A stretch of 64,000 nucleotides of DNA from an uncultured Clostridia bacterium (GTDB lineage: Bacteria; Bacillota; Clostridia; TANB77; CAG-508): contig CALXNM010000001.1 of assembly GCA_944389745.1 (NCBI GenBank), positions 26,815 through 90,814 on the forward strand, in the 5' to 3' direction. Both the position numbers and the translations under genes were made by a program. The stretch's first letter is position 1. Every line of letters starts with the position of its first letter. Positions 36,730-48,297 of the stretch are shown here, in pieces. The notes beneath the pieces are model-generated. The model searched no databases. It saw nothing but the letters and a program-made list of their open reading frames with translations, and was not told the DNA's origin.

Positions 36730-39333
36730 TTAATTTCCATAGTAGCTGTCTATTAAAATTTGTTTTAATTCACTTACAAGTGGTAATCGTGGATTTGCTG
36801 TTGTACATTGGTCTTCAAAAGCTCTATCTGCAAGCATATCAACTTTTGCCATAAATTCTGCTTCATCTATTCCTGCTTCTTTGAAGCTTCTTTCTATTCC
36901 TAAATCTGCATTTAATTTCTTTATTTCTTCTATTAATGAATTTACCCCTTCTTCGTTTGTGTATGCTGGGAAGTTCATTCTTCTTGATAAGTCTGCATAT
37001 TTTTGGTCTGCTATGAAGTATTCATATTTAGGGAATGATACAAATTTTGTTGGCCTACTGCTATTGTATCTTATAACATATGGAAGTAGTATTGCATTTA
37101 TTCTTCCATGTGCCATATGGAATTCTGCTCCTATTTTATGTGCTAGTGAGTGGTTTATTCCTAAAAATGCATTTGTAAATGCCATTCCTGCTATTGTACT
37201 TGCATTGTGCATATGCTCTCTTGCTTCTTTATTATCTCCATGGTTATATGCTTCTCTTAAATTTTTAAATACAAGTTCTACTGCTTTTTCTGCTAGACCA
37301 TCTGTATAGTCTGATGCCATATTTGATACATATGCTTCTATAGCATGTGTTAGTACATCCATACCTGTGTCTGCTGTAATTTTCTTTGGTAGGGTCATTA
37401 CTAAGTCTGGGTCTACTATTGCTACATCTGGTGTTAGCTCATAATCTGCTAATGGATATTTTTTGTTTATTTTTTTATCTGTTAAAACTGCAAATGATGT
37501 AACTTCTGAGCCTGTTCCTGATGTTGTTGGTATTGCTACAAATTTTGCTTTTTTCCCTAGTTTTGGGAATTTATAAGTACGTTTTCTGATATCCATGAAT
37601 TTTAGTTTCAATCCTTCTACATCTGCATCTGGATGTTCATAGAAAAGCCACATACCTTTTGCGGCATCTATTGGGCTTCCTCCACCTACTGCAATTATTA
37701 CATCAGGTTTAAATTCATTCATCATTTGAACTCCTCTATTTATTGTATCAAATGATGGATCAGATTCTACATCTGAAAATATTTCTGAATGTACATATTC
37801 ATTTCTTTTTCTTAAATGATATAGTATTTTATCTATATATCCCAAACTTACCATTGATGGGTCCGTTACTATAAATGCTCTTGTTATATCTGGCATTTTT
37901 TCTAGATATCCTATTGAACCTGCCTCAAAATATATTTTTTCTGGAACTTTAAACCATTGCATATTAACCCTCCTATTTGCAACTCTTTTTATATTAATTA
38001 AATTTACACTTGATACATTTGCTGTTGTTGAGTTGCCTCCAAATGTACCACAACCTAGTGTAAGTGATGGCATATTTGTATTATATATATCACCAATTGC
38101 GCCATGTGTTGATGGAGAATTCACAATGATTCTTCCAGCTTTAACTGTTTCTGAGAATTTTAATATTGTATCTTTGTCTTCTGAATGGATTACTGCAGAG
38201 TGTCCCATTCCTCCAAATTCAATTAACTTTTCTGCTAAATTAATTCCTTCATCACTATTATCTACAATATAATAAGCTAAAACTGGACTTAGTTTTTCTT
38301 TAGAGAATGGATATTCTATTCCAACACCATTTTCCTTTAGTACAAGCACTTTTGTGTCTTGTGGAACTTCTATTCCTGCTTCTCCTGCTATCTTGTATGG
38401 ACTTTGTCCAACAATCGCAGAATTTAAAGCACCATTTTTTTCTTTTATAAACATTGTTTCTCTTAATCTATTTGTTTCATCTTCAGATAAGAAATAACAT
38501 CCCGCTTCTTTCATTAATCTTTCAAATTCATCTTTTATTTCTTTATCCACTATAACAGATTGTTCTGATGCACATATCATTCCATTATCAAATGATTTTG
38601 ACATTACTAAATCATTTACAGATGTTTTTAATTTAGCTGTTTTGTCTATATAACATGGAACATTTCCAGGTCCAACACCAAGTGCTGGTTTTCCACATGA
38701 ATATGCAGCTTTAACCATTCCTGTTCCTCCTGTTGCTAATATTAAATTAACATCTGGATGATGCATTAGCATGTTTGTAGCTGTAACTGATGGTTCTTCT
38801 ATCCATAAAATACAATTTTCTGGAGCACCAGCTTCTATAGCTGCATCTCTTAATATTTTAGCTGCAGCCACACTACATTTTTGAGCAGATGGATGGAATC
38901 CGAATACTATAACATTTCTAGTTTTTGCTGCAATTATTGATTTAAACATTGTGGTAGAAGTTGGGTTTGTAACTGGTGTAACTCCTGCTATAATTCCTAT
39001 AGGCTCTGCAATTTCTACATATCCTTCTTCTTCATTCTCTGATATAATTCCTACAGTTTTATCATATTTTATACTATGATAAATGTATTCTGTTGCAAAC
39101 ATGTTCTTAGTAATTTTATCTTCGTATATTCCTCTTCCAGTTTCTTCAACTGCCATTTTTGCAAGTTCCATGTGATGTTCAAGTCCTGCCATAGACATAG
39201 CTTTAACTATTCTATCAACATCTTCTTGAGTTAATTTCATATATTCTTCTGATGCCTTCTTAGCTTTAGATATAAGCTCATCTATCATCACTTTTATCTT
39301 AGCTTGTTCTTCTTCACTTACCTCTTTTCCCAT
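36730..39333 (-). CDS. adhE: Bifunctional acetaldehyde-CoA / alcohol dehydrogenase
   Basis: N-terminal aldehyde dehydrogenase and C-terminal iron-type ADH domains. AAGGAGG RBS lies before ATG 39333. Confidence 0.95.
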   Translation of the reverse strand: MGKEVSEEEQAKIKVMIDELISKAKKASEEYMKLTQEDVDRIVKAMSMAGLEHHMELAKMAVEETGRGIYEDKITKNMFATEYIYHSIKYDKTVGIISENEEEGYVEIAEPIGIIAGVTPVTNPTSTTMFKSIIAAKTRNVIVFGFHPSAQKCSVAAAKILRDAAIEAGAPENCILWIEEPSVTATNMLMHHPDVNLILATGGTGMVKAAYSCGKPALGVGPGNVPCYIDKTAKLKTSVNDLVMSKSFDNGMICASEQSVIVDKEIKDEFERLMKEAGCYFLSEDETNRLRETMFIKEKNGALNSAIVGQSPYKIAGEAGIEVPQDTKVLVLKENGVGIEYPFSKEKLSPVLAYYIVDNSDEGINLAEKLIEFGGMGHSAVIHSEDKDTILKFSETVKAGRIIVNSPSTHGAIGDIYNTNMPSLTLGCGTFGGNSTTANVSSVNLINIKRVANRRVNMQWFKVPEKIYFEAGSIGYLEKMPDITRAFIVTDPSMVSLGYIDKILYHLRKRNEYVHSEIFSDVESDPSFDTINRGVQMMNEFKPDVIIAVGGGSPIDAAKGMWLFYEHPDADVEGLKLKFMDIRKRTYKFPKLGKKAKFVAIPTTSGTGSEVTSFAVLTDKKINKKYPLADYELTPDVAIVDPDLVMTLPKKITADTGMDVLTHAIEAYVSNMASDYTDGLAEKAVELVFKNLREAYNHGDNKEAREHMHNASTIAGMAFTNAFLGINHSLAHKIGAEFHMAHGRINAILLPYVIRYNSSRPTKFVSFPKYEYFIADQKYADLSRRMNFPAYTNEEGVNSLIEEIKKLNADLGIERSFKEAGIDEAEFMAKVDMLADRAFEDQCTTANPRLPLVSELKQILIDSYYGN

Positions 39334-39472
39334 AGGTATCCTCCTTAATTTAAGTGTTTTATCTTCCGCTATTAATATTAACTTGTTCATTATTTATAAT
39401 ATAATTAATTAGTCTATATTGTCAAGGTAATTCATATTCACATTTTCGTACTTTTTCGTTGATTTTTGCAAT

Positions 39473-41716
39473 TTATTTTCTTCTTTCTTTCATATTCTCT
39501 GGCCAAATATCCTCTAAAGTTATTTCTTTTGAGCCGTCTTTGTTTTTACCTAATGATATATCTCTCATACTCACATTTCCCATTTTTAATCCTTCTTGTA
39601 ATAATCTCCAAAACTTTTCTTCATCTTCTGGACTTACTTCAGAGTTAATTGTTCTATACACTAAATCACCAACTTTAGCACTTCTAACTAATCTTTTAAG
39701 CCCTCGTATATACGCTGAATTTGGAATATTATCCTTTTGTTTAATTCCATATGCTTCACACAATTTCTCTGCTTCATCAAATTTTCGTCTAGCTAGTTGA
39801 TTTCTAACTACAACATTTAAATTTGATGTAAGTCCTCCTGCTGTAATTCCTTCTGCTGTTAATTCCTGTAAAATTTGCATTGTTATTTCTGGGTTTTTAA
39901 TTTGAAATTCAGTTCCTCTTTCTGTTAATACTTTTCTTATTCCAGATATTAGTACATCTCGTTCTTGCTTTTCTGTTAAACCAAACTTTAACATTTTTCT
40001 TCCTTTTACTTTTTTACTTGATTGATCAGCAATTATTTGTTTTGCACTATTCACATCTAGATTTCCGTTTGCGATTCCAGTTATTATTTGCAGTATTTCA
40101 TCTGAAATATTTTCTGTTCCTCCACTAGTCCTCTTATTTGAATCTGTTGTTGCACCATCTCTAGTTGTTATAGAATTTTCTCTTTGACTTTCAAATTGCT
40201 CTTTATATTTCTTCCTCATTATTTCTAGTTTTTCATGTGCTTCTATTGGTTGAGGATTTTGTCCTTCTCTTTCAGCATCTGGAGTATCTGTTCCTTTTAA
40301 ATCTCTAGTATCTGAATTTTTTCTTTGTTTTTGTTTTTTATTTTCTAGTCTAGCTTGTATACTTTCTATACCCTCTCTACATACATTAAGCGTCTTGTCT
40401 TCTAATATATCATCTATACTTTGTCCTTCTTCCAATCTTCTTTCAACTTCAGCTTCTTTTTCTCTCCTTATTTGTGATATACTTATTCCGTTTATTTTAT
40501 AATTTCTTAAATTAGCTCTTACAGAATTTTCTTTTCTACCAAATGTACTTGCTAATTCTTTTTCTGGTACTAATTGAATAGCTTGTATTCTAAGCATATT
40601 TTTATTAGCTATTCTTTGTATTTCTTCTACAGTATGTCCTTGGAATTGTTCTAGCTCACTTATTTCTTCAGGTGTTCTTCCTGATAGCAATTCCTCTAAC
40701 ACTGCTTGTCTCCATGTAATTGAGTTTTGCTTCATTTGTATACTTTCTATACCTTCTCTACATACATTAAGCCTCTTGTCTTCTAATATATTATCTATGC
40801 TTTGTCCTTCACTTAGTCTTTTAATAACTTCTTCTTCTTTTTCTTTTCTTATTGCTAAAATACTTTTTCCATCAAAATAATATTTTCTTATATTTTGTTG
40901 TATAGATACAGCCCTTTTAGCTGTTCTTTTTGCTATTTCATCTAAAGGCATTAATTGCATAGCTAAAATTCTTACTCTATTTCTATCTTCTATCCTTGTT
41001 ATTGAATCTATCGGATAATCTTTAAATTGGTCTAACTTACTTATCTCTTCTGACGTTTTTCCAGATAAAAGTAATCCTAATATTTTATCTTCATCCTCAT
41101 GTCTTATTCTTACAACTGCTCTTTCTTTTTGCCTTTGCTGTTTTACTTGTATTGCTTTAACAGCTTCTATATCAACGTTTAACTCTCTATCACCCGCTAT
41201 ATCCTCTACGCTTTGTCCTTCTCTTAATCTTCTAATAACTTCTGCTTCCTTTTCTCTTCTTATTTGTGTTATACTTTTTCCTCTATATGTTCCATTCCTT
41301 AAATTAGCATATATTGTTTGTACTCGTGCCCCTTCTATATTTGATATTTCTCTTGGAGATACTAGCTTCAATCCTAGAATTCTTACTCTATTTCTTTTTT
41401 CAATACTTTTTATATCTAATAATGAATATTCTTTAAAAGTCTCGTCTTCATGGATTTCTTCTGGTGTTTTTCCTGATAATAATAAATCTAATATATTTTG
41501 CTGAGCTTGTTTTCTTGATTTTTCATGAACTCGTGTATCAATAGCTTGCACGGCACCAGCAATTTGTCTCTCAATTTGGCTCCCTATTGCAGATATCCTT
41601 TGATTTATTATATTATTTATACCTTGATCAGATAAATTATCTGGATTTACCCCTCTTCTTCTTAATTCTTCTTCAATTCTTTCTCTTATGTTTATATTCT
41701 CATTTGAACCTGCCAT
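39473..41716 (-). CDS. Large hypothetical protein with three tandem ~127-aa repeats of HTH-like modules
   Basis: Repeats begin LLLSGKTPEEI / LLLSGKTSEEI / ELLSGRTPEEI. Each continues with RNRVRIL..L...EI... and ...REGQS.EDI... segments. I place the start at ATG 41716 after GAAAGGG. I recognise no family. Confidence 0.8.
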   Translation of the reverse strand: MAGSNENINIRERIEEELRRRGVNPDNLSDQGINNIINQRISAIGSQIERQIAGAVQAIDTRVHEKSRKQAQQNILDLLLSGKTPEEIHEDETFKEYSLLDIKSIEKRNRVRILGLKLVSPREISNIEGARVQTIYANLRNGTYRGKSITQIRREKEAEVIRRLREGQSVEDIAGDRELNVDIEAVKAIQVKQQRQKERAVVRIRHEDEDKILGLLLSGKTSEEISKLDQFKDYPIDSITRIEDRNRVRILAMQLMPLDEIAKRTAKRAVSIQQNIRKYYFDGKSILAIRKEKEEEVIKRLSEGQSIDNILEDKRLNVCREGIESIQMKQNSITWRQAVLEELLSGRTPEEISELEQFQGHTVEEIQRIANKNMLRIQAIQLVPEKELASTFGRKENSVRANLRNYKINGISISQIRREKEAEVERRLEEGQSIDDILEDKTLNVCREGIESIQARLENKKQKQRKNSDTRDLKGTDTPDAEREGQNPQPIEAHEKLEIMRKKYKEQFESQRENSITTRDGATTDSNKRTSGGTENISDEILQIITGIANGNLDVNSAKQIIADQSSKKVKGRKMLKFGLTEKQERDVLISGIRKVLTERGTEFQIKNPEITMQILQELTAEGITAGGLTSNLNVVVRNQLARRKFDEAEKLCEAYGIKQKDNIPNSAYIRGLKRLVRSAKVGDLVYRTINSEVSPEDEEKFWRLLQEGLKMGNVSMRDISLGKNKDGSKEITLEDIWPENMKERRK
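40300..41500 (-). repeat. Intragenic tandem repeat, period 381 nt (3 units)
   Basis: About 78 nt starting at 40355 and at 40736 are nearly identical (a few mismatches by eye). The first unit is more diverged. Confidence 0.75.
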
Positions 41717-41771
41717 TTTAAACACCCTTTCTAAAAACTAACAATGCTCATCCCCTTAGATATTATAAGAA

Positions 41772-41800
41772 ATTATATCATCACAATAAGACTATTTCAA
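41772..41800 (-). promoter_or_regulatory. Putative promoter of the repeat-protein gene
   Basis: The minus strand reads TTGAAA-17 nt-TATAAT with TGA immediately 5' of the -10. Confidence 0.5.
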
Positions 41801-41833
41801 GGAATATTAAGCTTTTTTTAGACTATATACATT

Positions 41834-42295
41834 TTAGTATATAGTCTTTCCTTCATCTTTATATTCATTAAATAAATCTTTACAATCCTCTCTATCTATT
41901 TGTTTTAGATTTATTACATCTTTTTTATCTCCTTTTAAGTATTCATATATCATATCATCTCTAAAACCTATACTTCCAGCATCTTCTCTGGTACATGCAT
42001 AATATACTTCTTTTATATTAGCCCAAATAATTGCAGATAAACACATTGGACAAGGTTCACAAGATGTATAAAGTATATATTCTGATAAATCGTATGTTCC
42101 TAATTTTTTACAAGCTTCTCTTATTACATTCATTTCTGCATGTTCTGTCGGGTCTCCATTTTTTATAACTGTATTATTTCCTTTTGCAATTATATTACCT
42201 TCTTTATCTACTATAACTGCTCCAAAAGGGCCTCCTTCATTATTATTCATTCCGTTTTTAGCACAATCATTTGCTATTCCCATATATTTATTCAT
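41834..42295 (-). CDS. guaD: Guanine deaminase (CDA-fold, B. subtilis GuaD-like)
   Basis: GGPFGAVIV...DPTEHAEMNVIREACK...YTSCEPCPMCLSAI closely resembles B. subtilis GuaD from memory. Confidence 0.82.
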   Translation of the reverse strand: MNKYMGIANDCAKNGMNNNEGGPFGAVIVDKEGNIIAKGNNTVIKNGDPTEHAEMNVIREACKKLGTYDLSEYILYTSCEPCPMCLSAIIWANIKEVYYACTREDAGSIGFRDDMIYEYLKGDKKDVINLKQIDREDCKDLFNEYKDEGKTIY

Positions 42296-42478
42296 AATTT
42301 TCCTCCATTAATATTTTTATCTTAATTAAATTCTAAGCCAATATATAAATTATATAAATAATATAAATTTTGTCAATATGCTATTTAATACGTTTTTATT
42401 TAGTTTTTTAGCTTTTTCTCTTCTATTCTTCCAAAAAATGGTGTATAATATACTCATTAATTTTGAAAGGGTGATAAT

Positions 42479-44875
42479 ATGTCATACAACTTTAATGAAA
42501 TCGAGAAAAAATGGCAGGAATATTGGGATAAAAATGAGACTTTTAAAACTGACGTATGGGATTTTTCTAAACCAAAGTATTATGCACTAGATATGTTCCC
42601 TTACCCATCTGGACAAGGTCTTCATGTTGGTCATCCTGAAGGATATACTGCAACAGACATCATGTCTAGAATGAGAAGAATGCAAGGATATAACGTGCTC
42701 CATCCTATGGGCTGGGATGCTTTTGGATTACCTGCTGAACAATATGCAATAAAGACTGGTAATCATCCTGCTGGATTTACAGCCAAAAATATTGAAACAT
42801 TTAAGAAACAACTTAAAATGCTTGGTTTTTCATTTGATTGGAGTAGAGAAATTTCTACATGTGATCCAAGTTTTTATAAATGGACTCAATGGATTTTTAA
42901 GAGATTATATAATGATGGACTAGCCAAATTAATAGAAATGCCAGTAAACTGGTGTGAAGGTTTAGGTTGTGTTCTTTCAAATGATGAAGTTATAAATGGA
43001 AAAAGCGAAAGAGGTGGTTTTCCTGTTGTTCGTAAAAATATGAAGCAATGGGTTATGGATATTCCAAAATATGCAGAAATCCTTCTTTCTGGATTAGATG
43101 AAATTGACTGGCCAGAATCAACTAAAGAAATCCAAAGAAATTGGATTGGTAAATCAGTTGGTGCTGAAGTTACTTTCAAAGTAGCAAATAGTGATAAAGA
43201 ATTTACAGTATTTACAACAAGACCTGATACATTATTTGGTGCTACATATTGTGTTCTATCACCAGAACATGAATTAGTTGATGAAATTACAACTGATGAA
43301 TGTAGAAAAGCTATAGAAGAATACAAAGCTATGGCTGCTGCAAAATCAGACTTAGAAAGAACTGAGCTTAATAAAGAAAAAGCTGGTGTATTTATTGGTA
43401 GCTATGCAATCAATCCTGTAAATGGAAAAGAAATTCCTATCTGGATTTCAGATTATGTTCTAGCAACATATGGTACAGGAGCGATAATGGCAGTACCTGC
43501 ACATGATGAAAGAGATTATGAGTTTGCTACCAAATTTGGAATTGACATTATTCCTGTTCTAGAAGGTGGAGATATTTCTAAAGAGGCCTTCACAGGAGAT
43601 GGAATTCATATTAACTCAGACTTCTTAAATGGTCTTGACAAACAAGAAGCAATTGATAAAATGACCCAATGGTTAGAAGAAAAAGGTGTAGGAGTCAAAA
43701 AGACAAATTACAAACTTCGTGAATGGATATTTGCAAGACAACGTTATTGGGGTGAACCTATTCCAATAGTATTTACAGAGGATAACCAAATACATGTTTT
43801 AGCAGATGAAGATTTACCTTTAATTCTACCAGAACTTGAAGATTATGCCCCATCTAAAACAGGTGCTTCTCCTCTTGATAAAGCTACAGACTGGGTAAAT
43901 ACAAGTTTTGAAGGAAAGAAGGCAAAAAGAGAAACTAGTACAATGCCTGGAAGTGCAGGTTCTAGTTGGTATTTCTTAAGATATATTGACCCACATAATG
44001 ATAAAGAAATAGCAGACCCAGAACTTCTAAAACATTGGATGCCAGTTGATTTATATGTTGGTGGTCCAGAACATGCTGTAGGACATTTACTATATTCTAG
44101 ATTTTGGAATAATTATTTATATAATAAAGGAATTGCTCCTACAAAAGAGCCATTTGCAAAACTTCGTCATCAAGGTATGATACTTGGTTCAAATGGTGAA
44201 AAAATGAGCAAGTCAAAAGGAAATGTAATAAATCCAGATGATATGGTAAAAGAATATGGTGCAGATGCTCTAAGAATATATGAAATGTTTATGGGACCAA
44301 TAGATGCAGCTAAACCTTGGGATCCTAATGGAATTGATGGTTCTAAGAAATTCTTAGATAGAGTTTGGAGATTATTTATTGAATCAGGTAAAGTTCAAGA
44401 TAAACCAAATAAAAATCTTGATAAAATATACAATTACACAGTAAAGAAAGTATCAAATGATTATGAGAATATGTATTTTAATACAGCTATTTCTCAAATG
44501 ATGATATTCATAAATACTGCAACTAAAGAAGATATTCTTCCAAAAGAATATGCAGAAGGATTTGTAAAATTATTAAGTCCTGTTGCTCCACATATTGCAG
44601 AAGAATTATGGAATAGATTTGGTCATAATAATACAATCACATATGAGGCTTGGCCAACATATGATGAAAGTAAATTAGTAGATGAAAGTATTGAAATACC
44701 AGTTCAAGTTAATGGTAAAGTAAGAACAACAATTACAGTACCTACAGATTGTGCTGAAGATGAAGTTAAGAATACTGTTCATCAAAATGATACTGTACAA
44801 GCGCAACTTGAAGGTAAAACAATTGTAAAAGAAATATATGTAAAAAATAAAATATATAACATAGTCGTAAAATAA
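42479..44875 (+). CDS. leuS: Leucine--tRNA ligase
   Basis: HVGHPEGY (HIGH) and KMSKSKGN (KMSKS) motifs, full length. Confidence 0.95.
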   Translation: MSYNFNEIEKKWQEYWDKNETFKTDVWDFSKPKYYALDMFPYPSGQGLHVGHPEGYTATDIMSRMRRMQGYNVLHPMGWDAFGLPAEQYAIKTGNHPAGFTAKNIETFKKQLKMLGFSFDWSREISTCDPSFYKWTQWIFKRLYNDGLAKLIEMPVNWCEGLGCVLSNDEVINGKSERGGFPVVRKNMKQWVMDIPKYAEILLSGLDEIDWPESTKEIQRNWIGKSVGAEVTFKVANSDKEFTVFTTRPDTLFGATYCVLSPEHELVDEITTDECRKAIEEYKAMAAAKSDLERTELNKEKAGVFIGSYAINPVNGKEIPIWISDYVLATYGTGAIMAVPAHDERDYEFATKFGIDIIPVLEGGDISKEAFTGDGIHINSDFLNGLDKQEAIDKMTQWLEEKGVGVKKTNYKLREWIFARQRYWGEPIPIVFTEDNQIHVLADEDLPLILPELEDYAPSKTGASPLDKATDWVNTSFEGKKAKRETSTMPGSAGSSWYFLRYIDPHNDKEIADPELLKHWMPVDLYVGGPEHAVGHLLYSRFWNNYLYNKGIAPTKEPFAKLRHQGMILGSNGEKMSKSKGNVINPDDMVKEYGADALRIYEMFMGPIDAAKPWDPNGIDGSKKFLDRVWRLFIESGKVQDKPNKNLDKIYNYTVKKVSNDYENMYFNTAISQMMIFINTATKEDILPKEYAEGFVKLLSPVAPHIAEELWNRFGHNNTITYEAWPTYDESKLVDESIEIPVQVNGKVRTTITVPTDCAEDEVKNTVHQNDTVQAQLEGKTIVKEIYVKNKIYNIVVK

Positions 44876-44919
44876 AGTTATTTTTAGAATTTCGTAGAAC
44901 CATGTAATATATTTGTAAC

Positions 44920-44952
44920 AAAAAAGTAATATTACTGTAATATTACTTTTTT
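44920..44952 (+). terminator. Terminator after leuS
   Basis: AAAAGTAATATTA-CTG-TAATATTACTTTT plus TT. Confidence 0.75.
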
Positions 44953-45004
44953 GTTTTTATAGTATAATGTTATATATGAAATACTAAGGAGAAATGCGTT
45001 AATT

Positions 45005-46081
45005 ATGAGTATTGAGTCAGATTTAAGAAAAGATGGTATCAAAGTTATTGGGCCTTTAGATACTCTTAGTGTAAACACAATATCAAGAAATATAGCTGAA
45101 AGATTATGCAAAACATTTCCAGAGCAACATTTTGTTTTTCAAAATCTTTTTATTGCACTTTCAAGAATTCCTATGTATATAGCAGATATTCCAGAAGGTT
45201 TTGCAGAGGCTACATATTTCTATAAAAATTCATCTATGTATTTTAAACAAGGTTTAAGCTTAGATGAGTTAGAGAAATTTGCTGTACACGAATTTATTCA
45301 TTATTTACAAGAGATAAAAGATAAAAAAGGTCACCTTTTAAGATTAGGTTTATGTGATTTTGGAGACCTTAAGGTTGTTGGAATGGGATTAAATGAAGGT
45401 GCTGTTCAATATATGGCGTCTAAAGCAATTGATTCAAAAGAAGAAATAGTTAAATACTATGGTATTTCATTCCCAACAAATAGTCCGTCATATTATCCAT
45501 TATTATGCAATTTAGTAAAACAATTAGCATATGTAACAGGGGAAGATGCTTTATTTGATAGTACTCTTTATGGTTCAGATACTTTTAAAGAAAAACTTTC
45601 TAATTTATGTGGTCTTAATAATTTAATAAAAATTGAAAATAATTTAGATAAGTTATTAGAAACAGAAGAAAAAGAAATTAATCTTAACAATAAACTTTTA
45701 AGTGATAATTGTAATGGAGCTAAAGCTCAAAGAATTTCTAAAAAAATAGAAAATGTCAAAAAGAAAATTAGACAATTATATTTTGATACACAAAATTTAA
45801 TATATACATCATATTTTAATAATCAGTTTACTAGAATAACTACTACTGCTGATATAGATGAATATAGAGTTAGATTATATAATTATAAAAATTATATGGG
45901 TATTTCAGATGATTATTCAAGCTTTAATGATTTTTATATAAATAAAATGATGGACTTAGATGCTAAATACGAAAGTATAATGAATAACACATCTTTAACA
46001 GTTGTTAATCATTCTAAAATATCTACTTTCTTTAGAAAAATTAGAGCACTTTTCTCTGCAGGAACAGAAACAAATAAATAA
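45005..46081 (+). CDS. Hypothetical protein with an HExxH zinc-metallopeptidase-like motif
   Basis: AVHEFIHYLQE is followed about 30 aa later by GLNEGAVQY, which could supply a third ligand Glu. I recognise no family. Confidence 0.6.
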   Translation: MSIESDLRKDGIKVIGPLDTLSVNTISRNIAERLCKTFPEQHFVFQNLFIALSRIPMYIADIPEGFAEATYFYKNSSMYFKQGLSLDELEKFAVHEFIHYLQEIKDKKGHLLRLGLCDFGDLKVVGMGLNEGAVQYMASKAIDSKEEIVKYYGISFPTNSPSYYPLLCNLVKQLAYVTGEDALFDSTLYGSDTFKEKLSNLCGLNNLIKIENNLDKLLETEEKEINLNNKLLSDNCNGAKAQRISKKIENVKKKIRQLYFDTQNLIYTSYFNNQFTRITTTADIDEYRVRLYNYKNYMGISDDYSSFNDFYINKMMDLDAKYESIMNNTSLTVVNHSKISTFFRKIRALFSAGTETNK

Positions 46082-46292
46082 ATTTTAGTGCTATCAATAA
46101 ATATCAAAGACAATACTTAATAAATTAGTTATTAAATACTTATTTATATATATTTATTTAATAATTACAAATGAAAATGACGAGTTGGAGTTAATTCCAA
46201 TTCATCAAATAAACCAAAGCAACAAAAGAACAAAAGAAAAAGAAAAAATAATTACAAATGAAAAAATCTAATGTAAAAAATTAGATGAAATC

Positions 46293-46325
46293 AAGACAAT
46301 TCAATTTTATTGAATTGTCTTTTTA
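46293..46325. terminator. Bidirectional terminator
   Basis: AAGACAATTCA-N7-TGAATTGTCTT plus TTTT. Confidence 0.7.
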
Positions 46326-46350
46326 TTATAATTTAAAATATTATTATACC

Positions 46351-47608
46351 TTATTTTAAATCTTCAATAATACTGTCTGCAGCATCTCTTCCTGTTCTTG
46401 CAGCCCATGCAACAGTTGCTTTACTTCCTGATATATCTCCTCCAGCATAAACATTTTTCTTTGAAGTCATATGTTTTTCATCTGTATCTATATAACCCCA
46501 TTTATTTAAGTTCAAACCTAATTTTTCTAATAATTCTTTTTCAGGACTTGATCCAACTGCCATTACTACAATGTCCATATCCATTTCATAATTGCTGTTT
46601 TCTATATTTACAGGTACTTCTCTTATTTCTCCTTCTTTTTTTACAAGTTGTGTTTTTATACATTCTATTTTTTCTACTTTATCTTTTCCTAATATTTTTA
46701 CAATATTGTTTTGGAATAAAAATTCAACTCCTTCTTTTTTTGCATCTTCAATTTCTTTTGCTTCAGCTGGCATTTGTTTTTCTGCTCTTCTATATATTAC
46801 ATATACTTTATCAGCGTCTAATCTTTTTATTGTTCTAGAGCAGTCCATTGCAACATTTCCTCCACCAATTACAGCAACTTTTTTACCTTTGTATGATGGA
46901 TGATTTCCTGTTTCTAATAGGCTATTTCCTCCATATACTCCATCTAAATCCTCTCCTTCAATATTCATTTTAGATGGAATATTTGCACCGAATCCTAAAA
47001 ATACCGCATCATATTCTTTTTGTAAATCATCTAATGAAAGATTATTACCCAATTCTCTATTATATTCTACTTTAATTCCTAAGCTTAAAATAGCTTCTAT
47101 TGTTTTATCTAACACATCTTTTCCCAATCTAAAATCTGGTATACCATGTCTTAAGATTCCTCCGAAGTTTATCATATTTTTCATATATTGTAACTTCCGC
47201 TCCACTTCTAGCTAAAAAATCAGCACATGTAAGTCCTGCAGGGCCACTACCAACCACTGCTATTCTTTTTCCTTTTAATTCTTGTGTTTTTTTAGTATTT
47301 TTATACCACTCGTTTTTTAATGCCTTATCAAATATATATGCTTCTATTTCCCCAATATTTACTGGTTCTCCTTTTATTCCTCTTACACAGTTTCCTTCAC
47401 ATTGCTTCATGTGAGGGCATATTCTTCCACAAATGCTTCCTAATACAGTAGTTTTAGATAGCACTTCATATGCTTCTTTTACATTTCCATCTTTAGTAAG
47501 CTTTATAAATGTTGGTATATCATTATTTAATGGGCATCCTTTATTACTACATGGTTTTATAGGACAATTTAAACAGTACTCTGTATATTGTTTTATTCGC
47601 TCGTTCAT
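46351..47608 (-). pseudogene. GltD / NfnB-like NAD(P)H-dependent oxidoreductase (glutamate synthase small-chain family), frameshifted near 47160-47175
   Basis: The N-terminal frame ends with ...VGSGPAGLTCADFLARSGAEVTIYEKYDKL. The family continuation GGILRHGIPDFRLGKDVL... is in another frame (AAA CTT C GGA GGA). The two track ORFs overlap at 47129-47205. Confidence 0.75.
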
Positions 47609-47697
47609 TTTATTATTCCTTTCATTTTTATTTTTCTACTTATTATATATCTTTTATAATTTATATCAAGTATACTTGAACAATCATATTAACATTT

Positions 47698-48258
47698 TCA
47701 TTGCTTGTTTTCATACATAAAATAATGTAACAATCCTATTTCCTCACTTGAAGTTTTTATTATACCTTTATCTAGCATTTCTTTTGCTTCTTTAATTGGA
47801 ACTTTTATTACTTCTATGTCCTCAGTTGTATCTAAATGTCTATGGGTCTTAATTAAATCTTTTGCTAAAAATATAGTTACTCTTTCATTAGAGTAACCAA
47901 TTGCTGGATATGCTACTCTTAATTTTTTTATCTTTCCTGCTCTATATCCTGTTTCTTCTTCTAGCTCTCTTATTGCTCCTGCTTCTTCATTTTCTCCATC
48001 TTCTATCATTCCTGCAGGAAAAGCAATAACTGTTTTTCCAATTGGAGTACGTGGCTCTTTAATCATTATAAATTGTTTATCTTCTGTCTCTGGTATTATT
48101 ACAGCTGCATGACCTGCTAAAACATGTTCTCTATATAATATTTGGTTTGTTCTAGGGTTTTTATAATGTAGTTCTTCTACTGTAATTCTTTTTCCTTTAT
48201 ATGCAACCTTCTCATCTAATAACTCATAATCAATTTTTTCATAATATTTATTTTCCAT
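47698..48258 (-). CDS. NUDIX hydrolase (ADP-ribose pyrophosphatase-like)
   Basis: Nudix box GMIEDGENEEAGAIRELEEETGY. Confidence 0.85.
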   Translation of the reverse strand: MENKYYEKIDYELLDEKVAYKGKRITVEELHYKNPRTNQILYREHVLAGHAAVIIPETEDKQFIMIKEPRTPIGKTVIAFPAGMIEDGENEEAGAIRELEEETGYRAGKIKKLRVAYPAIGYSNERVTIFLAKDLIKTHRHLDTTEDIEVIKVPIKEAKEMLDKGIIKTSSEEIGLLHYFMYENKQ

Positions 48259-48297
48259 ATTTTCATTTATAATTTAATAAATACTAAACTATATTAA

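Noticed and set aside
39334-39472. Rex or CcpA (cre) operators upstream of adhE, and upstream of ldh at 19370-19470
   Set aside because: I found only half-site resemblances (e.g. TGTGAATATGAATTAC). There is no convincing TTGTGAA-N6-TTCACAA-type palindrome or TGWAANCGNTNWCA match by eye. A matrix scan would be needed.
41820-41851. 11-bp perfect hairpin (AGACTATATAC-ATTTTA-GTATATAGTCT) overlapping the guaD stop codon, considered as a terminator
   Set aside because: On the transcribed minus strand it is followed by an A-run rather than a U-run, so it is not a canonical intrinsic terminator. It may still affect read-through into the repeat-protein gene, but I cannot support a call.
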